From Chloroflexota bacterium (GTDB lineage Bacteria; Chloroflexota; UBA11872; VXNJ01), in contig OZ253449.1 in the NCBI GenBank assembly GCA_965261345.1, positions 160,001 to 224,000 on the forward strand: a stretch of 64,000 nucleotides of DNA, written 5' to 3'. Of this stretch, positions 1-10,738 are shown one piece after another (position 1 is the stretch's first letter; each line of letters starts with the position of its first letter). Under the pieces are notes generated by a model. The model saw only the letters and a list, made by a program, of their open reading frames with translations, was not told the DNA's origin and made no database searches. A program made the translations under genes and the position numbers.

Positions 1-248
<248 letters not shown>

Positions 249-460
249 ACGCCTGGCAGGTCCGATCGCTCTTGCGGGCAAGGTCCCTGGCGAAGCCATG
301 CCCGGGATCGGGCTATTGCGGCGATTACGCATCCGGTTATCGCCTGTCGATCGGGCTGCGGTCACTATGAACCGCGGTCGGGGCGCTGGATCTATCCTCC
401 CCTTTCTCCTGGACCCCTCTGACCCCACCTCTGCCGGAATTGACAATCAAGACAATTGCT
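249..460 (+). mobile_element. IS110 right non-coding end, with outward -35 box TTGACA (440-445) and probable CT core at 459-460
   Basis: TTGACAATCAAGACAATTGCT resembles the right-end signature of IS110-group elements, whose -35 completes a promoter at the circle junction. Confidence 0.65.
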
Positions 461-524
461 TTTAAGAGCTTCATTCGCCCAGGCGACCACGGTATGCGCG
501 GTGCCTTGCTTGTGGCAAACGTAG

Positions 525-954
525 TCAGGTCGGCTGGCCGGGAGTAACCAATCGCCCCTCGTGCCTTATTGAATATCTTGGGGGGACCAGTACCTCGGCC
601 AGAGCTGGCCGCGGTGGATGCCCGGTGGAGAGATCGCGTTTGGCTCTAAGTCCGTGGCGGTCGCAGAACCGGCGCATCGACGAGCAGGAGACTGAGATGC
701 CGCGCTCGATCAGCAGTTCATGGATGCGGGTGAGCTGGAGCCTGTCGGTCTGGAGCCACTGCTTTATTTTCTCGGTGTGGGTCAAGGGGTGTCGGCGGCC
801 GGGGTGATGACCCCAGTCGGGGTGGTCAGGTTGAGCGCGGTCAGTTTGGCCAACTGGTCGTCGGTCGGATCGGGGCCGCCGGGCTGAAGGCCCAGTTCCT
901 GGGCGGCGTTTACATAGCGCCGCACGGTGTCGCGGACGCGGCTTGAGATCTTGG
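525..954 (-). pseudogene. Degenerate IS21-family istA, N-terminal region (second part; codons 1-29 are at 5998-6084)
   Basis: Reads ISSRVRDTVRRYVNAAQELGL...HTEKIKQWLQTDRLQLTRIHELL with a frameshift. Homologous to 22919-23336. Joins to 5998-6084 across the CTTGG duplication. Confidence 0.75.
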
Positions 955-982
955 TGATCAACGACAACTATTCTGTCCGGTT

Positions 983-2665
983 CCCGTTGCCTCACCAAAA
1001 AATGTAACCGAAATTTGGGACCGTTTATTTGACTCCGATTGGCGCGATTTCACTTACGATTTCGGCGTTCTCAACCGCACCATCAGCACCGTTTACGACT
1101 CCGTATACAAGCTCTTTGGCCATCACCGACCGCCATTGCTTGAGCCTTCGCTGCAACGTCCGCAGCTGCTTGGGCCCGACGGCGTCGGGGTGATCACGCA
1201 TGAGCACTTTCAGGATCTGCATGCCGCTGGCGTCGGGATGATCCTGCAGGTAGGTAAGCGCCGCGGGCCAGACGTGCTCTAGGGGGTCGGGGCAAGTCCG
1301 CCACCACCTGCGGCGCTTTCGTTTTGGACGGCGGGTCGGATTTGCATCGCCCTCGCGCCACAGATGAGAGAGCTTGGCTAAGGAACTGCGACAGATCATC
1401 CTTTTGCACCTTGCTTCTTTCCTCGGGCGATGCCAATGTGGCCAGGGCCGACTGGGCCTGGCGGATCTCGCTAAGGAGCAAGAGCGGATCCAGTTGCAAG
1501 CGCGTAGCGCGCAACCCCTCCTTGACCTTTTCGGCAACGGCGGGGTGATCGAGCAGGCGCTGGCAGGGAGTTAGCGGACGGTCGTAGCGCTTTTGGGTTC
1601 TGGCTCCATAGCGCTGCTTGGAGATCAGTTTGAAAGACGGTTGGAAGAAATTGGTGTAGAGACCAACTAAGGCAAAGAGTCGGGCCAGGGTCTGTCCGGC
1701 GATGAGGCCGGCAAAGCGCTCGTAACCGGCAAAGCGTCTGATTACGGCGCCGTTCTTCTGTTCGATGTAGGCCTGATCGTTGGAGCGGTAGGCGCGGGAG
1801 CGGGTGAACTCGATTTCACGCTCTTGGCAGTAATCGATAAGGGTCTGGGAGATAAAGGCGCTGTCGTTGTCAGTATCGATTCCAAGTATTGGCACCGGTA
1901 CCCGCCCGCCTATAACCTCAAGCGCCTCGGTCACAAGCGTCTGCTCCCTTGCCAGCAGCGGGACTGCCTCCACCCAGCCCGAGCACACATCGGTAACCGA
2001 CAGGGACTGGATGAAGCTCCCGGCCATGTTGCCACCACAGTGGGCCACCAGATCTATTTCCAGGTAGCCGGGGTCGGGGCCATGCCAATCGGCAAACGTC
2101 CGGATCGGGACCTTGGCGTGATGACGGTTGCGGCGGCGGGGGTGACGCCGTCGACTGCTGCCGGCGGTCTTGCGGACTGGTTTGAGGAGGCGATCGATCG
2201 ATGCCGGGCTGATCGCGAAGAGCTTGCTTTTAAGGTCCAGATCAAGCTGCAGGTGGCCATGCCCTTCCAGCGATTCGATCAGGCTGGGCAATATCGCTTG
2301 CAACCGTTTGCCGCAGATCCGATCGGCCGCTTCCCAGAGGATGATCAAAGACTCCCTGACGGCCTCGTCGTAGATGCGGTATGAGGACTTGGTGGGCGGT
2401 GCCGGAGCAGGGCTTGCAGCATTGCCCAGCAATCGGGTTGCGTATTTGCGGTTGTGGCCAGATAGAGCCACGAACTCGTTAAGGATTCCGCCCTTGTCGA
2501 TCTTGGACGCCCTCGCATAGCGGCCCCTTAAGGCCGCTAGCAGCTCCTTCCGCACCGCCCGGCTCAGCTTCTTTCCTCGCATCGGTTGCCTCCCTGTGGA
2601 TTTGGGTTACAAATCTAGTGAGGCAACGGCCCTGTTTGGGTTACAAAAACAGTGAGTCAATGCGC
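983..2665 (-). mobile_element. Unclassified DDE/rve (ISNCY-type) insertion sequence, copy 1
   Basis: Terminal motif GGTTACA-N8-TGAG(G/T)CAAYG occurs once inverted at 985-1009 and twice at about 2605-2662. Encloses the transposase ORF. Ends approximate to +/-3 bp. Confidence 0.8.
1025..2582 (-). pseudogene. DDE integrase-type transposase with +1 frameshift near 1380 separating a C-terminal HTH domain
   Basis: ORF 1194..2582 has EIDLVAHCG, DTDNDSAF and NDQAYIEQKN catalytic motifs. It continues in ORF 1025..1537 as LAKLSHLW...WWRTCPDPLEHVWP...LRTLQRRLKQWR. Confidence 0.82.
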
Positions 2666-3430
2666 ACGAGAACGGGGTGGTCGAGCAGGCCCACCGCCGC
2701 ATCAAGGACGCGGTTCGACAGGCATTGGTCCTGCGCGGCAGCTGCGACTTTACATCGCGCGAGGACTACTACGAATTTGTCAGGGAGGTTGTCGCGCGCA
2801 AGAACCGGCTGGCGGAGCCGAAGTCAGAGATTGAGCGCCCGCACCTCCGACCACTGCCGGCGGCGGCGATTCCCGATTACGTAAATTACCAGGCTCAGGT
2901 GCGCAAATGGAGCACGATCCGAGTGTTAAGCCGCACCTACACGGTACCACCGCGCCTGATCGGACAGAAGGTGGAGGTCCGTCTCTACGCCGACCACCTG
3001 GACGTGTACTACAAGAGCCGATTGGTCGAGCGCCTAGAGCGCGCCACCGGTCCCCAAAGGGCCCGCGTCAATTACCGCCACGTGATCGGATCGCTGGTGC
3101 TTGGAGCCGGGCGCCTTTACCCGCTACCGCTGATGCGAACAGCTTTTTCCCACCCCTACCTTCCGCCGCGCCTACGATGCGCTACAGGGGTGGCGCAGCC
3201 GGCACTCGGCCGACGTCAACTACCTGCGCATCCTGCAATTGGCGGCCACTACCATGGAGGCCGATGTCGATAAGGCCCTGTCCAAACTCTTGGACCAGGG
3301 GAAGCGCTTTGACTGTCAGGACGTGCGTGATCTGGTCGCGCCGCGCTCGCCGTCGATACCCGAGCTAGCATCCTTGGCCACACCCGACCTGGCTGTCTAC
3401 GATCGCCTGCTCTTGCGGGTGAACCGATGA
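2662..3430 (+). pseudogene. istA: IS21 transposase IstA, C-terminal half only; frameshift near 3100 and internal stop near 3131
   Basis: AHENGVVEQAH motif, YTVPPRLIG, VNYRHVIGSLV; final segment in ORF 3239..3430. Confidence 0.85.
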
Positions 3431-3816
3431 CCGCGCCGTCAGTTGTCGCCAAACAAATGCAGCTAATGTGCAAGGATCTGCGGCTGCCCACGATCGGGAC
3501 CGAGGCGGTAGAGCGCTTCGTTGACGCCGGACATGTTGATGCGCTGCCCACCCTGCTCGAAGTCTTCCGGCAGGAAATGGACGATCGTTACCAGCGGCGG
3601 GTGGATAGGCTGCGCAAGTCCTCGCGCCTCCCGCCGGGGAAGACCTGGGATAACTTCGAGCAGCAGAAACTGCCGCCGCCGCTCAGGGCCCAGCTGCAAG
3701 ACCTGCTGGAGGGCCAGTTCTTAGATCGTGCCGTCAACGTCCTGGCCTTTGGTCTGCCCGGCACCGGCAAGACCCATGCTCTGTGCGCGATCGGACACAA
3801 GCTGGTCGAATCTGGT

Positions 3817-5568
3817 GGACGTGTCCCACGGTGTGGTGTGACTAAGCCGTCCTCTACGTTTAGGGGTTCGGCAGCTGCAACTCTACAGAGTTGCAGCTGC
3901 CGGCAGGGCCGGCAGATGGTTGCTGGGGCTTGCTGGGGGAGTTTCGAGTCCTTGGCTGTGACGGCGACTGCCGGTAAGGCGTCCATCATTTTGCCAGTTG
4001 CGACCATGGCGCGGTCGCGGTCATATGGGCTTCCATGGGTCCGAAGGCCGGCCCCGGCCCGTAACGGCTCGCATTCGGGCTCACCGGGCCGGGTTTGTTG
4101 GGAAAGTCGGCCCAATTCGACGCTAGTGATCCTTATTTAGGCCCAGCTAGCGCCAAGCCGGGCGCACGACCTTCCATTTCCCTGGAGGGCGCTACGGCCC
4201 CCGGCGGCGGTTGCTACCCCGCCGGCAATGCCAGCGGGGACTGCCTCTCTCCCGGAGATGGGGGTTGGCCGATTAAGGCCATCGAGTGCCTGGACATATA
4301 GCGGCGCTCGGATGCGAGCCATTCGTCGTTCTGCTCAATTAGGACCGCTCCGATAAGGCGCAGGACCGAGTCATCGTCGGGGAAGAGCTGTACTACCCGG
4401 GTGCGGCGCTTTAGCTCGCCCATAACGCGCTCTAGGGGATTGGTGGACCAGATCTTGCGCCAGTGCGAAGGCGGGAAGGCGGTGTAGGCAGTCAGGGCGA
4501 TCTCGGAGTCCTCGAGGATCGTGGACAGTTCCGGATACTTGCGCTCTAAGCGATTGGCGAAATCTCCGAAGGCGTCCATGGCGCTCTGCTTGTCAGCCTG
4601 CCCAAACAGCGACGCCAGTCCGGCTGCCACCAGCCCGCGGTCGCCGCTTCTGACCCTTGGCAGAAGATTGCGCCCAAAGTGTGTCCTGCACGTCTGCCAG
4701 GCGGCCTCGGGAATAAGCTTTGTCACCGCGTTGCCGATGGCTTGGTTCCCATCGGAGATCACCAGCCGCACGCCGGATAGACTGCGCGTTACCAGGGAGG
4801 CGATCAAGTCCTCCCAGAAGCCCTGCGCTTCGCTGTGGCCGATTGCAAGCCCCAGCAGCTCGCGATGGCCGTTCTCGTTTATGGCCATTGCTATGCCCAC
4901 CGCCCGCGACCTTACCGCATGCGCGTTTCGGGCTTTTACGTAGGTGGCGTCGAGATAGAGGTACGGGAAGGTCGTATGCGCGAGATCGCGTTCGCGGAAG
5001 GCATTGACCAGCTCGTCGATGCCTTTGCAGATCCTTGACACCTCGGACCTGGAGATCCCGGCGTTTACTCCCATCGCCTCCACCAGCTTGTCGACCTTGC
5101 GGGTGGAGACGCCCTTGCTGTAGGCGGTCATGATGACGCCGTAGAGGGCCTGGTCGATGCGGCGCCGCCGCTCCAAGAACTCGGGGTAGTAGCTGCCTTG
5201 GCGCAGCTTGGGCAGGGCAATCTCGATGTCGCCCGCCCGGGTGGAGAGGGTGCGCTTGCGCGAGCCATCAAAGCCGATTGCGACGCTCGCCGTTGCGCTC
5301 GTGCGGTTTGGCGCCGATGTTTTCGGCCAGGCCGGCGTCAATAAGTTCCTGGTAGGCGTGCCGTACGGCGCTGCGGACGAATTCGCTGCTGTCAAACCCT
5401 TGCTTGGCGATAAGGGCAAGCAAGGTCTGATAATCAAGTTGGGCCATCGATGGTTCCTCGACGAAGTAAGTGAATTGACTCCGTAGAGGTTTACACGATG
5501 GCCCTTTGTCATCGCGTTGGCTTAGTTGATCAAGCGGGTGCTCTTACACCACTCCAGGGGACGTGACC
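3817..5568 (-). mobile_element. IS256-family element type A, copy 1 (1752 bp)
   Basis: IRs GGACGTGTCCCACGGTGTGGTGTGA / GGTCACGTCCCCTGGAGTGGTGTAA. 8-bp TSD AATCTGGT at 3809-3816 and 5569-5576. Confidence 0.95.
4214..5447 (-). CDS. IS256 (Mutator-type) transposase; needs a +1 shift at CTT-TGA (5268-5273)
   Basis: True start MAQLDYQ (5447) aligns with paralogue MAQIDYQ. Body has LYLDATYVK, LVISDG, CRTHF and STNPLER motifs. Confidence 0.85.
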
Positions 5569-5997
5569 AATCTGGTAGATCGGTGCTGTTTGCTCCGGCC
5601 TATCGGTTGGTGCAGGAACTATTGGCGGCCAAGCGCGACCTGGATCTGCCCCGACTCTTGCGCAAGCTCGACTACATCGACTTGATCATCATCGACGACC
5701 TGGGTTACCTGCCGCAGGGGACCGATGAGGCCGAGGTGCTCTTTACCCTGATCGCCGAGCGCTACGAGCGGCGCTCGATCGGAATCTCATCAAACCTGGT
5801 CTTCTCCGAATGGGGCAAGATCTTTCCCAATCCGATGGCCACCGCGGCGGCGGCGGACCGAATCGTCCATCACGCCGTAGTACTTGAATTTGACGTGCCC
5901 AGTTACCGGACCGGGCTTGAAAAAGAGGAGTTAAAGCCGGATTGAAACCGGCCAAAATAATTGACGCACACCCGGCCAGAGTAATAGGCGTTCTTCA

Positions 5998-6242
5998 CTT
6001 GGCGATGCGGCGCTGGCTCAGGCCCTTTTGCCAGAGCCGGATAAGTACGCGTGTATCCACTCGGAACTCCTCCTGGTAGGCCATGACGGCTCCCGGTTGG
6101 TTGGAACACGGGTAGCCGCAATGGTGATTGATAAGTGCGTTTGCCGGGTGGACTAGTGCCCCTGGCTAAGTGGCCTAATGCCCATGAACATGGGTGGATG
6201 AATTCCGTTGGCTAAGTGGGCGATAGGTGGTGGAGATCGACA
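5998..6242 (-). mobile_element. Left end and first 29 codons of istA of an older IS21-family element
   Basis: MAYQEEFRVDTRVLIRLWQKGLSQRRIAK from ATG 6084. Terminus TGTCGATCTCCACC at 6242. Homologous to 23250-23476. Confidence 0.7.
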
Positions 6243-6431
6243 AATCTTGGATTATTCGTGCTGTGTGATAAGTCCAATCGGCATCAGCAACGCTTCGCGC
6301 GAATGATTCAACATAATCGCCACTATGTCGATTACGGTAGTTACCAACACGCTGCGGCGTTGATTCGAGGGTGGTCTGCTACATCGAATCGCTTGGGCAA
6401 AAGCAATACCCACCCAGGTGCTGGCGCCTGT

Positions 6432-6755
6432 CTAATCGATGGCGGCTCGATCGCGCGCCTGGCCCGTTTCGGCAGCAGGCCGTGTAGGCAGTTGATCAAT
6501 CAGGGTCCCCACATCGTTTGTAGCCTGCACCAAATCGAATTGGTTTTGCAGATTCAACCAGAATTGCGGGTCCATCCCGAACCAATGCCCTAGCCGCAAC
6601 GCGGTGTCGCAACTGATCGATCGGCGGTGGGCAATGATTTGGGAAATTCGATTTGCGGGCACATCCAATTGCCGAGCAATTTCAGTCGCCGATATACCCA
6701 ACTCGGCAATTTCGTCTTTGAGGACTGTTCCAGGATGCACCGCTCGCTTAAACAA
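6432..6755 (-). CDS. higA: HigA-family antitoxin (Xre HTH)
   Basis: VHPGTVLKDE...RISQIIAHRRSISCDTALRLGHWFG...FWLNLQNQFDL is the canonical HigA pattern. Confidence 0.92.
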   Translation of the reverse strand: MFKRAVHPGTVLKDEIAELGISATEIARQLDVPANRISQIIAHRRSISCDTALRLGHWFGMDPQFWLNLQNQFDLVQATNDVGTLIDQLPTRPAAETGQARDRAAID

Positions 6756-6776
6756 CGTAGTCCGCCTTAGCCAAAA

Positions 6777-7061
6777 TTAGTGGCAGTTAACGATCTCGAC
6801 CCGAGCGGGACCTGCTTGGCCAACAGGCCACTTAAAGCAGATTCGCCACCGGTGATTAATCCTGTTTGAGTATTGACCACGACGCCGACCACCAAGTGAC
6901 TGGAGGCGATTGCTGGGCAGCGCCCGCAATGATTCGATAGCAGCGGCGGCATTGAGAATCGATAGACGTTTCTCAGCTTGCTGCTCAATCGACTCAAACT
7001 CCCTAACAATTTCACCACCTGCAAACCTCTCGGTCCGCTTGTCGGCGTAGTCGACGATCAT
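6777..7061 (-). CDS. higB: HigB (RelE/ParE killer-type) toxin
   Basis: MIVDYADKRTERF...LPSNRLQSLGGRRRGQYSNRINHRWRICFKW...VEIVNCH, directly upstream of higA. Confidence 0.88.
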   Translation of the reverse strand: MIVDYADKRTERFAGGEIVREFESIEQQAEKRLSILNAAAAIESLRALPSNRLQSLGGRRRGQYSNRINHRWRICFKWPVGQAGPARVEIVNCH

Positions 7062-8398
7062 CTCTGATCTTTCTCGGTCAATAGACGCAGTACGTAAAGC
7101 GTACATTGAGATCGCTATTGATGCCTGTTGAAACGCAGGCAAGGTGAAATCTGAGATTTTGACACCTGCCCGAGGCGCCAAGGAAGTATTCAGACTCGGA
7201 GGTTAGTTCCCAGCTTGCTGATGCCGGACAATGCAGCAGCTTCTATAGGCTGCGATCAGATACAGGAATAATGATTCTGCCTCGTATCTTTGGCCTCAAC
7301 ATGATATTCAGAGGTCTAGCACTGTGCGCAACCCTCGATATATCTGTGCCAAGACCGGCCCGGGGGCACGGCCGGCAAGTTCAACTAAGTGATCGCGGTC
7401 AATGGTAATGATTTGGGACACGTTAGCCACCGAGTCTTTCGGCAGCCCAAGGACGTGTCCCGTAGTTTGGTGTAAATAGGCCATTGCCTCTACGTGGGGT
7501 TCGGCATGATCATCTTTAAAGATGATCATGCCGGCAGGGCCGGCATATGGACGGGCGACGTTTCCTTCTGGCTAGCTTCCGCGGCGCTTGGTTACGCCCA
7601 ATATTCTCATCGACGAAGGATCTTTCCATCATCAATGGATCCAACCTCGGGTCGGAGAACTAAAGGGCCGCAAATCGCCGCAGAGTACCTTCAAGTTCCA
7701 ATGCGAACAGGCGACGAAGTACGAACTACGTTCAATTGAGGGTGTGCTCGCGCCAACGGGCCGACCTTTAGAAACCGGCCCCGGGTGAGCTGGGGCGGCC
7801 TCTACAGGCCGACCACCGTCGGCAAGGCCAGATGGCGGTTGATCTCCTCGGATGTTGAGACCTTGCCGATCATCGCCATGGTCCGAGCGGCCATGTAGCG
7901 GCGTTCGGACACTGCCCACTCGTCGTTTTGTTCACAAAGAACCGCTCCCACGAGGCGCAGCACCGAGGCATCGTCAGGAAATAGCTGCACCACCCTGGTC
8001 CTGCGCTTGATTTCAACCATGAGCCGCTCTAAGGGGTTAGTCGACCAGATCTTGCGCCAGTGCTCTGGCGGGAAGTCGGTATAGGCGGTCAGCTCGATCT
8101 CGGCGTTATCGAGTATTGCCGCCAATTCGGGATAGCGCCGCTCCAATCGATCGGCGAAGTGATGGTAGGCGCCTATGGCGCTCTCCCGGTCGGGCTGGGC
8201 GAAGACCGATGCCAGGCCGGCCGCCACCACTCGTTGATCAGCCCTTTTCACCTTTCGCAACAGATTGCGTTCGAAGTGGACCCTGCAGGTCTGCCAGGCG
8301 GCATCGGGCAATAGCCTGGCAACCGCGTTGCCGATCGCCTTGTGTCCATCGGAGATGACCAGTCTGACGCCGCTGAGGCCGCGCTCGGTAAGTGACCG

Positions 8399-9761
8399 TG
8401 GCAGGTCCCCGGTTTTGGTACCAGGTGGTTTGAGACATTGTCTTGTGGGAGGGTGCCGCCAGCTCTCCTGCAGGAGAGCTGGCGGCGAAGCTGATATTGC
8501 GGCCGCCCGTAGCACCCACGAAGACGGACGCCGGGCCGTCGATGAGGCCGGCCAGCAGCAGCCGGATTGCAACCGGAAGTTGATCCATCACGCCGCCGCC
8601 TCGATCGCTTCCAGGGGCGCCAGGTAGCCGAGCGCCGAGTGCGGGCGCACGGTGTTGTAGTCGATCCGGAAGCGCTCCAGCATCACCCTGGCTTCTTCGA
8701 GGGTGAAGAATATCTCGCGGTCCAGGAGCTCGTCGCGGAGCTTGGATATGAACGATTCCGCATAGGCGTTCTCCCAGGGCGCTCCGGGCTTTATGTAGAC
8801 GGTCTTGACGCTGTTGCCAGATAGCCATTGCCTTATCGCTTTGGCGGTAAATTCGGGGCCGTTGTCAGAGCGGATGTGCTCGGGGACCCCGTGGATGAGC
8901 ATGAGGTCGGCGATTGTCTCGATCACGTCCCGGGCAGGGAAGGATCGGGCCGCCCGGGCCGCTAAGGCCACGCGGGTGAACTCATCGACCACGGTAAGGA
9001 TCCGCAGTGGTCTGCCGTCCTCGGTGCGCTCGTAGGTAAAGTCGTAGGCCCAGACGTGATTCGGGCGCTCGGCCATAAGCCGCGTAGAGCGTCCGTTCTC
9101 CAGCCAGAGGCGCGACTTCTTGACCTTTCGGATCGGGACCTTAAGGCCCTGCGCGCGCCAGATGCGCAATACCCGTTTGCGGTTCAGTTTCCAGCCCGAG
9201 TGTTTAAGCAGGGCGGTGATGCGCTTGTAGCCATAGCGGGGGTGCTTGAGGGAAAGCATCCTGATCTCGGCGGTGAGGTTGTCCTCTTCCGGATCGGGTT
9301 TTGGGATGTAGCGCTGGGTGCGGCGCGATTGGCCCAGCACCCGGCAGGCTCTTCGTTCAGACACCGGGAACTTGGCCCGGACGTGGTCGACGCACTTGCG
9401 CCGCCGCTCCGGGCTTAGAAGTTTCCCGAGGCCGTCTCTTTCAGGATCTGGTTGTCGAGCGTTAGATCGGCCACCGCGTGTTTTAAGCGCTTGTTCTCCT
9501 CGCGCAGGCGCTTGTTCTCCTTGGCCTCGGCGAGCGTCATCCCGCCGTAGCGGGAGCGCCAGCGGTAATAGGTCTGGACGTTGATCGCCGCCTTGCGGCA
9601 GCTCTGCTCGACGGTGTCGCCCTGGGCGACACCAAGCTCTATGGCCCGGAGCTTGTTGATGATCTGTTCGGGCGAGTACTTTCGCTTCGCCATTGCAGTC
9701 CCCTTTCGTTGGAACCAGATTATTCACATTCCCTCTGGTACCAATGAGGGGGAGCCGGCCA
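8399..9761 (-). mobile_element. IS3-family element (IS407-like), apparently intact
   Basis: IRs TGGCAGGTCCCCGGTTTTGGTACCA / TGGCCGGCTCCCCCTCATTGGTACCA. 4-bp TSD ACCG at 8395-8398 and 9762-9765. Confidence 0.93.
8588..9693 (-). CDS. IS3 transposase OrfAB (orfA 9415..9693; -1 frameshift at GGGAAAC near 9422-9428; orfB ends 8588)
   Basis: OrfA MAKRKYSPEQII...LTLDNQILKE. OrfB has WAYDF, IRSDNGPEF, WENAYAESF and RPHSALGY. Confidence 0.93.
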
Positions 9762-10738
9762 ACCGCAGGAAGTCCTCCCAGAAACCCTGCTCTTCGCTGT
9801 GACCGACAGATAGGCCCAACAGTTCGCGATGGCCGTCCCTGTTAACGGCCATGGCCACCGCCACCGCCCGCGATCGCACTGCGTTGCCGTTGCGGGCCTT
9901 TAGGTAGGTGGCGTCGATGAACAGGTAGGGGAACTCGGTATGGAAAAGATCGCGGGAGCGGAAGTCGGAGACCATCGCGTCGATTCCCTTGCAGATGCGG
10001 GAGACCTCGGATTTGGATATCCCGGCATTGACACCCAGGGATTCGACAAGCTTGTCGACCTTCCTTGTGGAAATCCCTTTGATGTAAGCCGTCATGATCA
10101 CCGCGTAGAGGGCCCTGTCGACGCGTCTTCGCTTCTCTAGAAATTCGGGGTAGTAGCTTCCCTTGCGCAGCTTGGGCAGGGCGATCTCGATATCGCCGCC
10201 ACGCGTGGAGATGGTTCGTTTGCGGGATCCGTTGCGCTGGGTCCTGCGTGATCCATTGCGTTCATGCGGTCCGGCGCCGATATGTTCGACCAGACCGGCG
10301 TCAATTAGCTGCTGATAGGAGTGCTCGATGACGTTGCGGATGAATTCGCCGGTGTCTAGCCCCTCATCGCGAATTTGAGCGAGCAGGGACTGATAATCGA
10401 TCTGGGCCATCGTTGTGGTACCTCGAAGAGAGAAGTGAAGTTCATCTCGTAGAGGATTGCACGATGGCCCTTATTCATCGTGATTGCTTATTTGAAATAA
10501 GCTGGCAGAGTTACACCAATTGGTGGGACGTGATCCAGCCCAACTTCTTCGGCCCGCATGAAGACTTTGCCTGGAGCTTCGTTTAAGCGAAGGTTTGAAG
10601 TGACGGTGATAGCTACTACGGTGCTCATCCGACTGAGGTTGAATGAATCTGCCTGAACGACCAACAAGGGACGCCTGAACAAAGGTTCAGATCCGCGAGA
10701 TTCGGGCAGATTTGCCCACCAGACCTCGCCGCGTTCAA

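Larger units (their letters stand above)
3427..5945 (+). pseudogene. istB: IS21 helper ATPase IstB interrupted by IS256 (exons 3427-3816 and 5577-5945)
   Basis: Walker A GLPGTGKT before the insertion; Walker B LIIIDDLGY and DRIVHH after it. Removing 3817-5576 restores HKLVESG|RSVLFAPAY. Confidence 0.92.
955..5997 (+). mobile_element. IS21-family element, inactive: 5' half of istA replaced by an ISNCY-type element, istB split by IS256
   Basis: TG...CA termini with imperfect IR (TGATCAACGACAACTATTCTGTCCGG vs TGAAGAACGCCTATTACTCTGGCCGG). 5-bp TSD CTTGG at 950-954 and 5998-6002. Repeated CCGGCCARARTAAT motif at the right end. Confidence 0.88.
7802..10410 (-). pseudogene. IS256 type B transposase split by IS3 (exons 9762-10410 and 7802-8394)
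   Basis: MAQIDYQ...GFWEDFLR joins SLTERGLSGVRLVISDG...STNPLER when 8399-9765 is removed. Confidence 0.92.
7451..10535 (-). mobile_element. IS256-family element type B, itself interrupted by an IS3 element
   Basis: IRs GGACGTGTCCCGTAGTTTGGTGTAA / GATCACGTCCCACCAATTGGTGTAA. 8-bp TSD CAGCCCAA at 7443-7450 and 10536-10543. Confidence 0.93.
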
